Part shown: piece by piece, positions 1 to 13,090 of the stretch
Layout: each line of letters starts with the position of its first letter
How positions within the stretch are numbered: position 1 is the stretch's first letter
Origin: Mobula hypostoma
Taxonomy: Eukaryota
Assembly: GCF_963921235.1 (NCBI RefSeq)
Contig: NC_086097.1
Span: 194,186,001 to 194,250,000, forward strand
Direction of reading: 5' to 3'
DNA length: 64,000 nucleotides
Position numbers and translations under genes: made by a program
The notes under the pieces: generated by a model
Databases searched by the model: none
What the model saw: the letters and a program-made list of their open reading frames with translations, nothing else
Told to the model about the DNA's origin: nothing

Positions 1-1986
1 CAGGGGGATGGGAGCCGGAATGACAGAATGGAGGAAGGGGAAAACAGAAATAAATCTAAGATAGTGAGCAATAGAGATGTCAGGAAAGACAGGCAGGTGA
101 TGGGGCAAATTTGTAGCCATTGGGATGAGTTGCAGTGCAATAAAGTTGCAGTGAAATCAAAGCGAAAAGTACCAAATACTGGTCTTAAGGTGTTATACTT
201 AAATGCACGCAGCATAAGGAATAAGGTGGATGATCTTGTCGTACAGCTACAGATTGGCAGGTATGATATTGTGGCCATCACTGAGACGTCGCTACTGAAG
301 GAAGACATCAGCAGTATTCTGGACATTCAAGGGTGTCAGGGAAGAGAAGCATGCGCAGTCACAATTACGACAGAGAAAGTACTCAGGAAGCTGAATAGTC
401 TAAAGGTAGATAAATCTCCCAGACCAGATGGAATGCACCCACGTGTTCTGAAGGAAGTAGCTGTGGAGATTGTGGAGCCATTAGCGATGATCTTTCAAAA
501 GTCGATAGATTCTGGCATGGTTCCAGAGGACTGGAAGATTGCAAATGTCACTCCGCTATTTAAGAAGGGGGCAAGGAACCAAAAAGGAAATTATAGACCT
601 GTTAGCTTGATATCGGTGGTTGGGAAGTTGTTGGAGTCGATTGTCAAGGATCAGGTTACAGAATACCTGGAGGCATTATGACAAGATAGGCAGAACTCAG
701 CATGGATTCCTTAAAGGAAAATCCTGCCTGACAAACCTATTACGATCTTTTGAGGAAATTACCAGTAGGCTAGACAAGGGAGATGTAGTGGATGTTGAAT
801 ATTTGGATTTTCAGAAGGCCTTTGACAAGGTGCCACACATGAGGCTACTTAACAAGATAAGAACCCATGGGATTAAGGAAAAGTTACATACGTGGATAGA
901 GCGTTGGCTGATTGGCAGGAAAACAGAGTGGGAATAAAGGGATCCTATTCTGGTTGGCTGCCGGTTACCAGTGGTGTTCCACAGGGGTCCATGTTGGGGC
1001 CGCTTCTTTTTACATTGTACATCAACGATTTGGATTATGGAATAGATGGCTTTGTGGCTAAGTTTGCTGACGATACGAAGATGGTGGAGGGGCCAGTAGT
1101 GCTGAGGAAACGGAGAGTCTGCAGAGAGACTTGGATAGATTGGAAGAATGGGCAAAGAAGTGGCAAATGAAGTACAGTGTTGGAAAGTGTATGGTTATGC
1201 ACTTTGGCAGAAGTAATAAACGGGCAGACTATTATTTAAATGGGGAAAGAATTCAAAGTTCTGAGATGCAACGGGACTTGGGAGTCCTCGTACAGGATAC
1301 CTTTAAGGTTAACCTCCAGGTTGAGTCGGTAGTGAAGAAGGCGAATGCAATGTTGGCATTCATTTCTAGAGGAATAGCGTATAGGAGCAGGGATGCGAGG
1401 TTGAGGCTCTATAAGGCGCTGGTGAGACCTCACTTGGAGTACTGTGGGCAGTTTTGGTGTCCTTATTTAAGAAAGGATGTGCTGACGTTGGAGAGCGTAC
1501 AGAGAAGATTCACTAGAATGATTCCGGGAATGAAAGGGTTAACATATGAGGAATGTTTGTCCGCTCTTGGACTATATTCCTTGGAGTTTAGAAGAATGAA
1601 GGGAGACCTTATACAAACATTTCAAATGTTGAAAGGCATGGACAGAGGGGATGTGGCAAAGTTGTTTCCCATGGTGGGGGAGTCTAGTACGAGAGGGCAT
1701 GACTTAAGGATTGAAGCGCGCCCATTCAGAACAGAAATGTGAAGAAATTTTTTTAGTCAGAGGGTGGTGAATCTATGGAATTTGTTGTCACGGGCAGCAG
1801 TGGAGGCCAAGTCATTGGGTGTATTTAAGGCAGAGATTGATAGGTATCTGAGTAGCTAGGGCATCAAAGGTTATGGTGAGAATGCGGGGGTGTGGGACTA
1901 AATGGGAGAATGGATCAGCTCATGATAAAATGGTGGAGCAGACTCGATGGGCCGAATGGCTGACTTCTGCTCCTTTGTCTTATGGT
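1..1986 (+). mobile_element. CR1-clade (HER1-like) LINE, frameshifted and internally deleted
   Basis: EN start YLNARSIRNK..AITET; RT motifs NYRPVSL, YLDFQKAFDKVPH, GVPQGS, FADDTK; VRPHLEYC; CR1-type 3' end. Confidence 0.93.
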
Positions 1987-2289
1987 TATCTCGTTACTTA
2001 GAATTAAGTGGCCAAAATGCAACATGCTTAATCCTTTGTATTAAATGCATTCTGATAAACGTCAATTAGACAAGCAAAGCCTCATGATTTCATACACTAA
2101 AAGCTGCTCTCATAAAAAACTGTTGTTACCAAGTTATTGCAATACATAGAGGTTGTTCTGTACAACTAATCTTTGTTCTGGTCTAGATGGCACCAGTGAA
2201 CAATGATTCCATGGGTGACATATTACTGATCACCAGTCTGAATTATTTCACTTTCTCTACATCTACTGCTTGTTCTGTTGTCTTGATTG

Positions 2290-3105
2290 TGTTACGGAAA
2301 TAGTTGGAGCTTGTGACGTGCAGTTTGGAATTTGATCAAATGATCTGGTATTCAGCTATGTCTGGAAAGCTGCCTTGTGGAGAAGACGGACCGAAAAGGA
2401 CCGAGAACATGAGCTGTCCTGTGGAAAAGACCAGACATGGAGCACAGGGTCATGAATGACTCCACTTTGAAGCATCAAGGTGAATGACATTCGGACCTGG
2501 TGTGGCAGTTGCTCTTCATGGAAGGACTGAGTTTGTACGGCTGCTCTCCTTGAACATTGACGGGAAGATGCTTTCCATATTGAGATTTATGTGATTATTG
2601 GACTCTACTTTGTATTGGCCTCTTTCTGTTTTACTGTGTTTTCTTTTGCAAAGAAAAGGATTGGGGACTGATTTTCTGGTTGGTTTTTCTGTGTGGGCGA
2701 ACTGTTTTTGTGTGTGAGAGAGGGGGTCAGGAGATTTAATGCCATTGTCGCTATTCTTTTCTGCGAGTGAGGGGGTTGGGGATTAGATGCTATCATTGCT
2801 GTTTTTTTTCTGAGGAGGAGGGGGTTGGGTAGTTGAGGCTCTGTCACTTTTTCTTCCTGAGGACAGGCTTGGGTATTTGACGCTACTGTTGCCATTTTTT
2901 TTCTCTGCGAGAGAGGGGAGGTATTTTCAGGATTTGTGAGTTTTGCTTTTCTTTTTTGTACTGGGGGGGGGGGGTTGAGGCTATATCTTCTTTCAATAAC
3001 TTCCATGGTTTTTTTCTGTGTTTCATGGACATGTGTATCCAGAGTAGATGAATATCAGAGTTGTACATGCATACTTTGACAATAAAGTGAACCTTTGGAC
3101 CTTTT
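2290..3105 (+). repeat. Unclassified interspersed repeat (retroelement 3'UTR-like) containing degenerate 45-50 bp tandem units
   Basis: Repeated G-run/T-run units at about 2720-2990; ends AATAAAGTGAACCTTTGGACCTTT, similar in style to the end of 35190-35967. Confidence 0.4.
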
Positions 3106-3786
3106 AATGATATTACCCACTAAAATATTGTAAACTTATTCTATTTACTATCATCTATGAGGCATTTCCAGCAACAATATTGATTATATTATGGAAAATT
3201 TGTCCATCTTGTTTCTCATTTTAGTTCTGGCACACATTGATATTCTAATTAGAATAAACCACAATCTGGGAAATTTTTGAAGAACTTGTGTTAATTCATG
3301 CTAAAATTCAATTCCATATATTTATGTTTTCCATCACTTCACCATCCAACTTCTGATTTGAAGTGCTAATTTTCCATGTTGCACATAATTTGGGAATTTT
3401 CTCTACTTATAAAGACATGAACATTTTTGTAAACTTACTGAGAATTACTGAGTCTGAGAAATAAAATAGCCACAAGAAACACAAGAACAGAAGGTGGTGT
3501 TAAAAATAGAACAGCACAAGTGTTGTCTATAAACATAGAATAGCATGAAAAATAATGAATGTCAAACAAGAGACAGAATAGGATCATGAAGTGACATGCA
3601 TTCAATTATATTATTTTGTCTTCATGACATTTAGAGTTACACCGACTCTCAAGTTTGTCATTCAAGATGCCTGGTGTCATCAGTAACGAATGTAGGATTC
3701 AAGAAATTAATCTATGTACCACCACATGGTTAAAGATTTCACTTTGAAAACTGTTTAAGAAAAATAGCATCAAATTATATAAAGGG

Positions 3787-3792
3787 TTTATT
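3787..3792 (-). promoter_or_regulatory. Candidate polyadenylation signal AATAAA for SMCHD1
   Basis: TTTATT on + strand about 360 nt past the proposed stop, in AT-rich UTR-like sequence. Confidence 0.4.
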
Positions 3793-4154
3793 TCTTGCTC
3801 CATGACAAAGTTCAGTAAACTTTTGGAAAAAAAGTTAAAAAATAAAAAATACAAAGTTGAATATACAAAATTAAGCTTTTCAATTTAAATAACTACAAAT
3901 GAACATATTATCTACCAACATGCTTTTTAATATATTTGTGACTGTTGGATAGAAATCTTTGTAGAACACTTATACATTGTTCAATTTTTCTTTCACACTA
4001 TGTACATCGTATCTCCTTATCAGTAACTCTGACTCGCGACACCATAACGAGATATATTTCTCTGTTAAATGTAAGAAAATTTGAAGACATATCTGCTTAA
4101 GAATTTAATAACTGAACTTCCAGGAAAAATACCCCAAAACATCTACATTTTCCT

Positions 4155-4260
4155 CTAGGCCTTCCTCTTCCGTGACAAAGTACTTCCATTTGTTTCTAAT
4201 CCAGATCCTGATGGCAGCTGCTGTGACTTCTTCAAAGGTATTGAAACCCATTCTTCTGCA
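4155..4260 (-). CDS. SMCHD1: Probable SMCHD1 terminal coding exon (S)AEEWVSIPLKKSQQLPSGSGLETNGSTLSRKRKA-stop
   Basis: T-rich tract plus GAACAG acceptor, correct phase 2, open to TAG at 4155-4157; homology to mammals not recognisable. Confidence 0.65.
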
Positions 4261-4756
4261 CTGTTCAAGATTTAAAAAAAAAGTTTTGTTGTCTACTGTC
4301 ATTTCATAAGAAAGTTCCCAGCAATGATTGAAACACGTGAAAAGGGATAAATAGAATGGTAGATCTTACAGTAGTTCAGATGCACGAGATGCATAAGTTG
4401 GTTAGGCATATACTTATTTGAGTTCTGAAGAATGAGACGAGGTCTGACAGAAACTAACTATATTCAATGCTGGCAGGATGTTCCCAATGGTTGGAATCAC
4501 GAACTGGGAGCAACAGTCTCGGGAAGTTTAATAAGGTCAGGGAGCTAAATGCGAGGCTCAAAGACTGGCATGGGAGAAATGGGTTTGAACATTGCCACCA
4601 GCATTGGGAAAGGACAGAGTTGTTTGGTGTTCAGATGGGATGGGCTTCACTCAAACAATGCTAGCACCAGGATCCTAGCAAATTGCATAACTAGGGCAGT
4701 GGATAGGGTTTTAAATTAAATAGTGGGTGGTTCTAAAGTTCGGAAAAAAAAGAATA

Positions 4757-5605
4757 CACTCAGACCCCGCTTAACGCTGAGGATGTTCTCCTCAGAGGTG
4801 GAGCGCAACATAAATCAGTGCTATTCAGGGACATTATAACATTAATATCCTCTAATCCTGCTTCACTGGCCAGTTCAACGATGTTTTGCATGACCAATTC
4901 AGTCTGCAATCCCAGGATATTGTTGCATGCTTCTGGCCATAGCTTCTTCCATGCTCCGTTCATGCAATGGAGGTTACTGCGCTGTTCAAGTCTATCAAAC
5001 CGACCTCTGCAGACTGTGAATGCTACCAATGTATCTTTTTCTTCTTGAATATGACTGAAGATGCTTATTGCCTTTCCCATTATTATCTGCTGGCTTAGAG
5101 GCCTGTTTAGTTGTGTTTGGTAATCCACTCATATACTTAGTCTATTTTCCATTTTTTCAAGCAAATGGCTCCTTGAACGAATCACCTTCATTGATGTTAA
5201 CTTTGAGGTCGTCGTTGCAGAAACTTTTACCTTGTCTGCATTTTTTAATAATTATTCTGATCATTGATGCAGCCAATTTCAAAGGGGCACCAACATCAAC
5301 CTAATGCTCACCAGCTTCCAAATGCTGTATCATTTGCAGTTTCACATCCACCTAATGCTTCCCCTGGACATCTTAGACGTACTACCCTCACTGGAAGTTG
5401 CAGGCCGTTTTCCAGACATTATGGGTGAAAAAAAATGAAATAAATTGGCAAGGGAGCAAGAACGTTTACACACGCAGGGAAAGCAAGAGTGTGAACTAAT
5501 ACGTGATTGGCTGTGAGTGGCTCATAGCATATGCAAAGCACTCTCATTGGCTCATTGAATGTTTACTGTAATGGTGGCCGCTCTGGGGAAGTCTTAAGTG
5601 TTATT
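4757..5605 (-). mobile_element. Degenerate, internally deleted Tigger/pogo-type DNA transposon
   Basis: N-terminal MSGKRP..DVKLQMIQHLEAGE..VDVG..L.LA.S.IR.I.KN (HTH-psq-like) close to C-terminal MNGAWKKLWPEAC. Confidence 0.7.
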
Positions 5606-6069
5606 TAGAATGAATTTTTGTAATTTTTAAAAACTTCAATAAAGAACTGAATAACAGTGTTGTAATGATTCAGCATTATGCGAGGTAGTGTTATGTGGGG
5701 TCTGAGTGTATTTAAAGCAGAAGTTGATAAGTTCCTGATTAGTAAGGATATCAAAGGTTTTGGGGAGAAGGCAGGAGAATGGATTTGAGAGTAAAAATAA
5801 ATCAGCCATGACCGAATGGTAGAGAGAACTTGATGGGCCAAAAGGCAAATTCTGCTGTTATGGCTTTCAAAACTGAAGTCAGGAAGCTTTGAATTTCTCT
5901 ACCGTAGAAGGCAGTAGAGGGTCGTTATTAAACAAAAAAATTCTAAAGCTAGAGACCAAGGAATGTGGGGAGATGGAATAAGGGATTGGTGGATGACTAG
6001 TTATGATCATATGAAGCTGGCTTGAAGGGTTGACAGGACTATTCCTGTCCAAACTTTGTGTTTCTATAC

Positions 6070-6187
6070 CTGTAGGTTTTCTTTGCACTCTCCCTTCTTA
6101 TTCTTTTATTTGGAGTTTGTCCGTCAGATAAATCCAAAGCCATTATTTTAGGACTGCTGGAGGAAGTTGCTCTTGTTGGAGTCATTC
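6070..6187 (-). CDS. SMCHD1: SMCHD1 penultimate exon GMTPTRATSSSSPKIMALDLSDGQTPNKRIRRESAKKTY
   Basis: TACACAG acceptor, GTATAG donor; resembles human GMTP...SPK...P.KRMRRE. Confidence 0.88.
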
Positions 6188-7433
6188 CTGTGTACAAGGG
6201 AATAAGCATAAATCAACATCCCACATGTAGTCTTAATCTTAAACGATAATGTGTAACGAGATCAATTACAGAATGTTTCAAAGTTCTGTAATACAATACA
6301 AACAGAGCATCTGTCAGAAAAATCCCTTGTTTCTTACTAAATACTAAAGTGTAATATTATTTCAAATTTTATTAGAAACAAACCACAGAGTGGAAATAAC
6401 CTAGTCTTGATGTGTTAAAATATTTCAATTTAGTTTTGGCAGATTTAATCCTTTCTCTGAGTAGGCAGAAACAAACATTAAAATAATGACAAAAAATGTT
6501 AACTTGAATTCACCCAAAACTGATTTTAATGCAAAGTAAATGCATAATTACGCCAAATGACAATGATATAGAAAACACATAAATACAAGTAGTTCTCGAC
6601 CATCTGTGGAACAGGTCAGCCGTATATTAAAAAAAAAACGCTGAAAGAGCTCCATGTCGAGTAGCATTCATGGAGGCAAAGGTGATATCACCATTGCATT
6701 AGACGGAGTGAAGAGGAAAGGTTGCCAGCATACAGGGGGTGGAATAGAGTTGAATGGGTGTGCGCACAGGAGAACTCAACAATTTGCTTGGTTTCTCCTT
6801 AGAAATGGAGAAGGCTGAGGATGGACATGTTGTGTGGGAGCTGAAGATGATATATAACGTGCTATCAGAAGCTTAAGATGGCTGTTTGGACAAAGCACAA
6901 ATGCTCCAACACTAATGCCAGATGGTCAACACTCCTCCGTAGGTTAGTTGAAATTCTTAACTACCATGAATGAAGGTACATTAAAGCTATTTATGAACTT
7001 ATCTCTTTATAAGAGGATTGAAGAGCACATAAAGCCATAATTACCGCTTAAAATCATCTAGCTCTAGTATTGATTGTATTGCAAATCACAAATATTTCTA
7101 ATTTGCAATTTTATTTCGTAGCTTATGATATTAGTTTCTACTGTACCTCCCAACAATGAGTCAATTCTGATCTTTATACAGGATGCTAAACAAAGTGCAA
7201 GTTATTAATTTTCTTTGTGGTCTGCAGTCAAGGATAATTCTTTAATGTGATTGGCTACTACAGCAATGGGAAGGATAATGAATGCAGGATGTAACGGTCA
7301 GGTTCCTAACATGTTCCAGCCACTTAGACAATGGTTATTTCTTTTTGTTGCAATTTATGATATTTAGAATTAACAATAAATTTCAAGGACAAAATAGATT
7401 TAAGATAACTTTGACAGTACTGTGCTAATTTGT

Positions 7434-7528
7434 CCTCTTCCTACAGATGCTGCTTGGCCTGCTGCGTTCACCAGCAACTTTGATGTGTGTTGCTTGAATT
7501 TCCAGCATCTGCAGAATTCCTGTTGTTT
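7434..7528 (+). mobile_element. 95-bp Penelope-like terminal-repeat fragment with 20-bp target-site duplication
   Basis: ACAGTACTGTGCTAATTTGT at 7414-7433 and 7529-7548; insert matches the repeat end at 42767-42823 and the reverse complement of 22293-22387. Confidence 0.9.
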
Positions 7529-8053
7529 ACAGTACTGTGCTAATTTGTTTTATTAGGTTAAGAGAATAATCGCATTCAAATCAAATTTCAACAATCCTCA
7601 AATAATACAGAAATAATTTACTAAGACCTAACCTTACTAGAGAGCAACATCTCCACACACACACGCCCTGTAAACTTTTTTCTGCAAAGCTTCACTTCAA
7701 ATGTAATTTAAACAGTAACTTCCAAATAATAACATAGTGAAGGGAATAAGACATTTAGGCTCAGTAGTGAGACTCAATATTCCTCTTTCTATGATGAAAA
7801 GATTTAATTTGCATTACCATGCGCATCAAAAGGGTTAACTATGAGCTTTCATTTTTCAGTGCTACAAATTGACTAAAACGTTCTGGAGATTCATGCTAAT
7901 TTTCTTCGACCCCGAATTTGATAGTCAATTTCTGGGCTGATTAAGGCACAATGTGTGAAGACCTGACCAATTCCAATGTACATTCAAGATTACTGTTTGG
8001 CAGAGCTGTCATACACCAATTTCTTACGACATTAGCACATATAGAAAACTTGC

Positions 8054-8212
8054 CTAGTAGCTTTTCGATTTGCTTGAGCTGATTCTCTTGGTCATTGAGC
8101 TCTTTGTGCTTCTGGGTCATTTCTGGTGAACTGATGTACTTCAGCTGTAGGTCCAATTCCTGATTGACATTATTAAGCTTGATCAAAGCTGAGCGATATT
8201 GCTGGATAAGAT
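8054..8212 (-). CDS. SMCHD1: SMCHD1 exon (C-terminal coiled coil) DLIQQYRSALIKLNNVNQELDLQLKYISSPEMTQKHKELNDQENQLKQIEKLL
   Basis: DL.QQYRSA motif; TTGTAG acceptor; donor AG|GCAAGT (GC-AG intron) gives the phase needed by the next exon. Confidence 0.92.
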
Positions 8213-9219
8213 CTACAAGACAAACAACTGTTGTAAATACTACAAACTCAGAAAACAAACAGAATGCAAAGAAAGAAACATGGATGAAGAATCAGTAGTT
8301 TTTTTTATTTACTGAGATTTAACAAATCTTCACACCAGTGAAATTATATTGGGCCTACTGCTCTTTAAGCAAAATTCATTTCCATTTTGCACTCTCAGTT
8401 TTCCATGAGTTGAGTTTCTGATCCCAGCTAGACCATCAGGGGAAAACAGGATCCATAGAGAGACAAGTCTGAAGCACTAATTAGTAGTAACTCTGATCAT
8501 TCCTGTCAACAAACTATCTATCTATTCTCTTCTGAAGAAAAGAATTCCAACTTGAACATGGAACATAGAAGAGCATCCTTTTAAGTCAAAAATAATCATT
8601 CACCAAATGAATCTGATTCTTTTATTCCCTCATTGAGATCATGAAACCATAAGACATAGATGTTAGAGTGAGTTTTTTTGGGTAGATGATTTGTTTACAC
8701 TTAAATGACTTTGGCCACCAGACTTCTATTTGACTATTTGACAAAGTACTGTGGATTGAGTCCACAACAATGCGCTTCCTAAAAACGTGTGAATACCAGA
8801 TGCTTCTGGTGCTGTAGTTTGACCAGATGCTGTAGTTTTGAAGACAGTATTATCTATACATTATAAATATTAATTGTCTTCTATGTTAGCATGTAAAATG
8901 CCAAATAAATGTACCGTGGATTTAATTGCATTCCTAAAGGCTGTGGATACCAACCCAGACATGTTGGCATTGGAAGGAAAGGATGAAGTTAGGTGGTGTG
9001 ATGTTTTGTATGTAGCTTCAATAGGAAGCATCGTCTATAACTTTTTAAGTAGCGATTGCCTTTGTGTTTAGCATATAAATATTGAGCCCATATTGGGCTA
9101 GCAGACCTTTCTAGTGAAAGCGTCTCGGTCCGTATGATACCTGCTGTACCTTGTTGTGTCAAATAAAGAAGCTTCTTTGTATCTACCAGTGACTGTCTCT
9201 CCGATGATTTCATCCACGC

Positions 9220-9710
9220 TACAACAGAAGCAGAATTAGGCCATTTAGACCTTCGAGTCTGCTCTGCCATTCAATCATGGCTGATCCTTTTTTCCCCTCC
9301 TCTGCCCCACTCCCTGGCCTTCTCCCCATAACCTTTGATGCCATGTCCAAGCAGAGCTTGTCAACCTCTGCCTTAAATACACTCAATGATCTGGCCTCCA
9401 CAGCTGCCTATGGTAATAAATTCCAGAAATTCACCATCCTCCAGCTAAAAAAAAATTCTCTGCATCTCTGCCTTCTTGTCCTAGACTTCCCCACCACGAG
9501 AAACATTTTTTCCACATCTACTCTGTCTTTCAACAGTCAAAAGGTTTCAGTGAGATTTCCTTCCCCACTCCCCCCTAAATTCCAGCAAGTACATACTCAG
9601 AGCTATCAAACATTCCTCGTATGATAACCCTTTCATTCCCGGAATCACCCTTGCGAACCTCCTCTGAACCCTCTCCATTGCCAGCACATCTTTTCTTAGA
9701 TGAGGAGCCC
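9220..9710 (-). mobile_element. CR1 LINE 3' fragment
   Basis: WAPHLRKDVLAMERVQRRF..IPGMKGLSYEE plus CR1-type 3' end. Confidence 0.85.
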
Positions 9711-12700
9711 AGAAACCATAGAAACTACAGCACAGAAACAGGCCTTTTGACCCTTCTTGGCTGTGCTGAACCATTTTCTGCCTAGTCCCACTGACCTGCA
9801 CACGGACCATATCCCTCCATACACCTCCCATCCATGTATCTGTCCAATTTATTCTTAAACGTTAAAAAAGAACCTGCATTTACCACCTCTTCTGGCAGCT
9901 CATTCCATACTCCCACCACTCTCTGCGTGAAGAAGCCCCCCGCTAATGTTTCCTTTAAACTTTTCCCCCCTCACCCTTAACCCATGTTCTCTCGTTTTTT
10001 TCTCCCCCTGCCTCAGTGGAAAAAGCCTGCTTGCATTCACTCTATCTATACCCATCATGATTTTATATACCTCTATCAAGTCTCCCCTCATTCTTCTACG
10101 CTCCAGGGAATAAAGTCCTAACCTATTCAACCCTTCTCTGTAACTGAGTTTCTCAAGTCCCGGCAACATCCTTGTAAACCCTCTCTGCACTCTTTCAACC
10201 TTATTAATATCCTTCCTGTAATTTGGTGACCAAAACTGAACACAATACTCCAGATTCGGCCTCACCAATGCCTTACACAACCTCATCATCTCATCATAAC
10301 ATTCCAGCTCTTGTACTCAATACTTTGATTAATAAAGGCCAATGTACCAAAAGCTCTCTTTACGACCCTATCTACCTGTGACGACACTTTTAGGGAATTT
10401 TGTATCTGTATTCCCAGATCCCTCTGTTCCACTGCACTCCTCAGTGCCTTACCATTAACCCTGTATGTTCTACATTGGTTTGTCCTTCCAACGTGCAATA
10501 CTTGTCAGTATTAAACTCCATCTGCCATTTTTCAGCTCATTTTTCCAGCTGGTCCAAGTTCCTCTGCAGGCTCTGAAAACCTTCCTCACTGTCTACTACA
10601 CCTCCAATCTTTGTATCATCAGCAAACTTGCTGATTCAATTTACCACATTATCATCCAGATTATTGATATAGATGACAAATAACAATGGATCCAGCACTG
10701 ATCCCTGAGGCACACCAGTAGTCACAGGCCTCCACTCAGAGAAGTAATTCTCTACCACCACTCTCTGGCTTCTTCCATCGAGCCAATGTCTAATCCAATT
10801 TACCACCTCTCCATGTATACCTAGCGACTGAATTTTCCTAACTAACCTCCCATGCGGGACCTTGTCAAAGGCCTTACTGAAGTCCATGTAGACAATATCC
10901 ATTGCCTTCCCTTCATCCACTTTCCTGGTAACCTCCTCGAAAAACTCCAACAGATTGGTCAATCATGACCTACCACGCACAAAGCCATGTTGACTCTCCC
11001 TAATAAGCCCCTGTCTATCCAAATGCTTGTAGATTCTGTCTCTTAGTACTCCCTCCAATAACTTACCTACTACTGACGTTAAACTCACTGGCCTATAATT
11101 TCCCGGATTACTTTTCGATCCTTTTTTAAACAACGGAACAACATGAGCCACTCTCCAATACTCCGGCACTTCACCCGTAGACAGTGACATTTTAAATATT
11201 TCTGCCAGGGCCCCTGCAATTTCAACACTAGTCTCCTTCAAGGTCCGAGGGAACACCCTGTCAGGTCCCGGGGATTTATCCACTTTAATTTTCCTCAAGA
11301 CAGCAAGGACCTCCTCCTTTTTGACCTGTACAGTTTCCATGATCTCACTACTTGTTTCCCTTAATTCCATAGGCTTCATGCCAGTTTCCTTAGTAAATAC
11401 AGATGCAAAAAACCTAATTAAGATCTCCCCTATTTCCTTTGATTCCACACATAGCCGACCACTCTGATCTTCAAGAGGACCAATTTTATTCCTTACAATC
11501 CTTTTGCTCTTAATATACCTGTAAAAGCTCTTTGGATTATCCTTCACTTTGACTGCCAAGGCAACCTCATGTCCTCTTTTCGCCCTCCTGATTTCTTTCT
11601 TAAGTATTTTGTTGCACTTCTTATACTCCTCAAGCACCTTATTTACTCCCTGCTTCCTATACATGTCATACAACTCCCTCTTCTTCTTTATCAGAGTTGC
11701 AATATCCCTTGAGAACCAAGGTTCCTTATTCCTATTCACTTTGCCTTTAATCCTGACAGGAACATACAAATTCTGCACTCTCAAAATTTCTCCTTTGAAG
11801 GCTTCCCACCTACCGATCACATCTTTGCCAGAGAACAACCTGTCCCAATCCACGCTTTTTAGATCCTTTCTCATTTCTTCAAATTTGGCCTTCTTCCAGT
11901 TAAGAACCTCAACCCTAGGACCAGATCTATCCTTGTCCATGATCAAGTTGAAACTAATGGTGTTATGATCACTGTAACCAAAGTGCTCCCCTACACAGAC
12001 TTCCGTCACTTGTTCTAACTCGTTTCCTAACAGGAGATCCAATATTGCATCCCCTCTAGTTGGTCCCTCTATATATTGCTTTAGAAAACTTTCCTGAACA
12101 CATTTTACAAACTCTAAACCATCTAGACCCAGTATGGGAGTCCCAATCAATATATGGAAAATTAAAATCCCCTACCACCACAACTTTATGTTTCCTGCAG
12201 TTGCCTGCTATCTCTCTGCAGATTTGCTCTTCCAATTCTCGTTGACTATTGGGTGGTCTGTAATACAATCCCACTAATGTGGCCATACCTTTCCTGTTTC
12301 TCAGCTCCACCCATAAGGGCTCAGTAGACAAGCCCTCTAATCTGTCCTGCCTGAGCACTGCTGTAATATTTTCCCTAACAAGCAATGCTACTCCCCCACC
12401 TTTCATTCCTCTGCCTCGATCACATCTGAAACATCGGAACCCTGGAATATCAAGCTGCCAGTCCTGCCCCTCCTGTAACCAAGTTTCACTAATTGCTATA
12501 ACGTCATAATTCCACGTGTCAATCCATGCCCTCAACTCATCCGCCTTCCCCGCAGTACTCCTAGCATTGAAATATATACACCTCAGAAGATTTTTACCAC
12601 CACTCACAACCTTTCTATTAGCGGATTTGCTTGAACTTTTAACATCATTTATTTTCACCCCAGCCACACTGTCAGCTCTGGCACTCTGGTTCCCATCCCC

Positions 12701-13090
12701 CTGCAAATCTAGTTTAAAGCCTCCCCAATAGCACTAATAAACCTCCCTGAAAGGATATTGGTCCCCCTGTAGTTCAAGTGTAACCCGTCTCTCTTGTACA
12801 GGTCCCACCTGCCCCAGAAGAGGTCCCAATTATCCTGAAATCTGAAACCCTGCTCCCTACACCAGTTCCTCAGCCACTTGTTCATCCTCCAGAGCATCCT
12901 ATTCCTACCCTCACTGGCATGTAGCACAGGTAGCAATCCTGAGATTACCACCCTCGAGGTCCTGCTTTTCAACTTCCTACCAAGCTCTCTATACTCACTC
13001 TCCAGGACCTCCTCACTCTTCCTTGTTATGTCATTGGTACCGATGTGCACCACGACATCTGGCTGATCACCCTCCCACTTCAGAATGTCA
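9711..13090 (-). mobile_element. Long CR1 LINE: 3' part of ORF1 (SGNH-esterase-like) plus near-complete disrupted ORF2 (APE endonuclease and RT)
   Basis: ORF1 VVHIGTNDI..DGLHLN; EN YFNARS, ISETW, GGGVAL, YYRPP, VGDFN, SDHN; RT YMDFSKAFDKVPH, GVPQGS; a few stops and frameshifts; CTATGGTTT-type tail. Confidence 0.96.

Noticed and set aside
3605..3680. Minus-strand MTPGILNDK... as the SMCHD1 'GMTP' exon
   Set aside because: No AG acceptor in the right place; 6070-6187 has proper splice sites and better similarity
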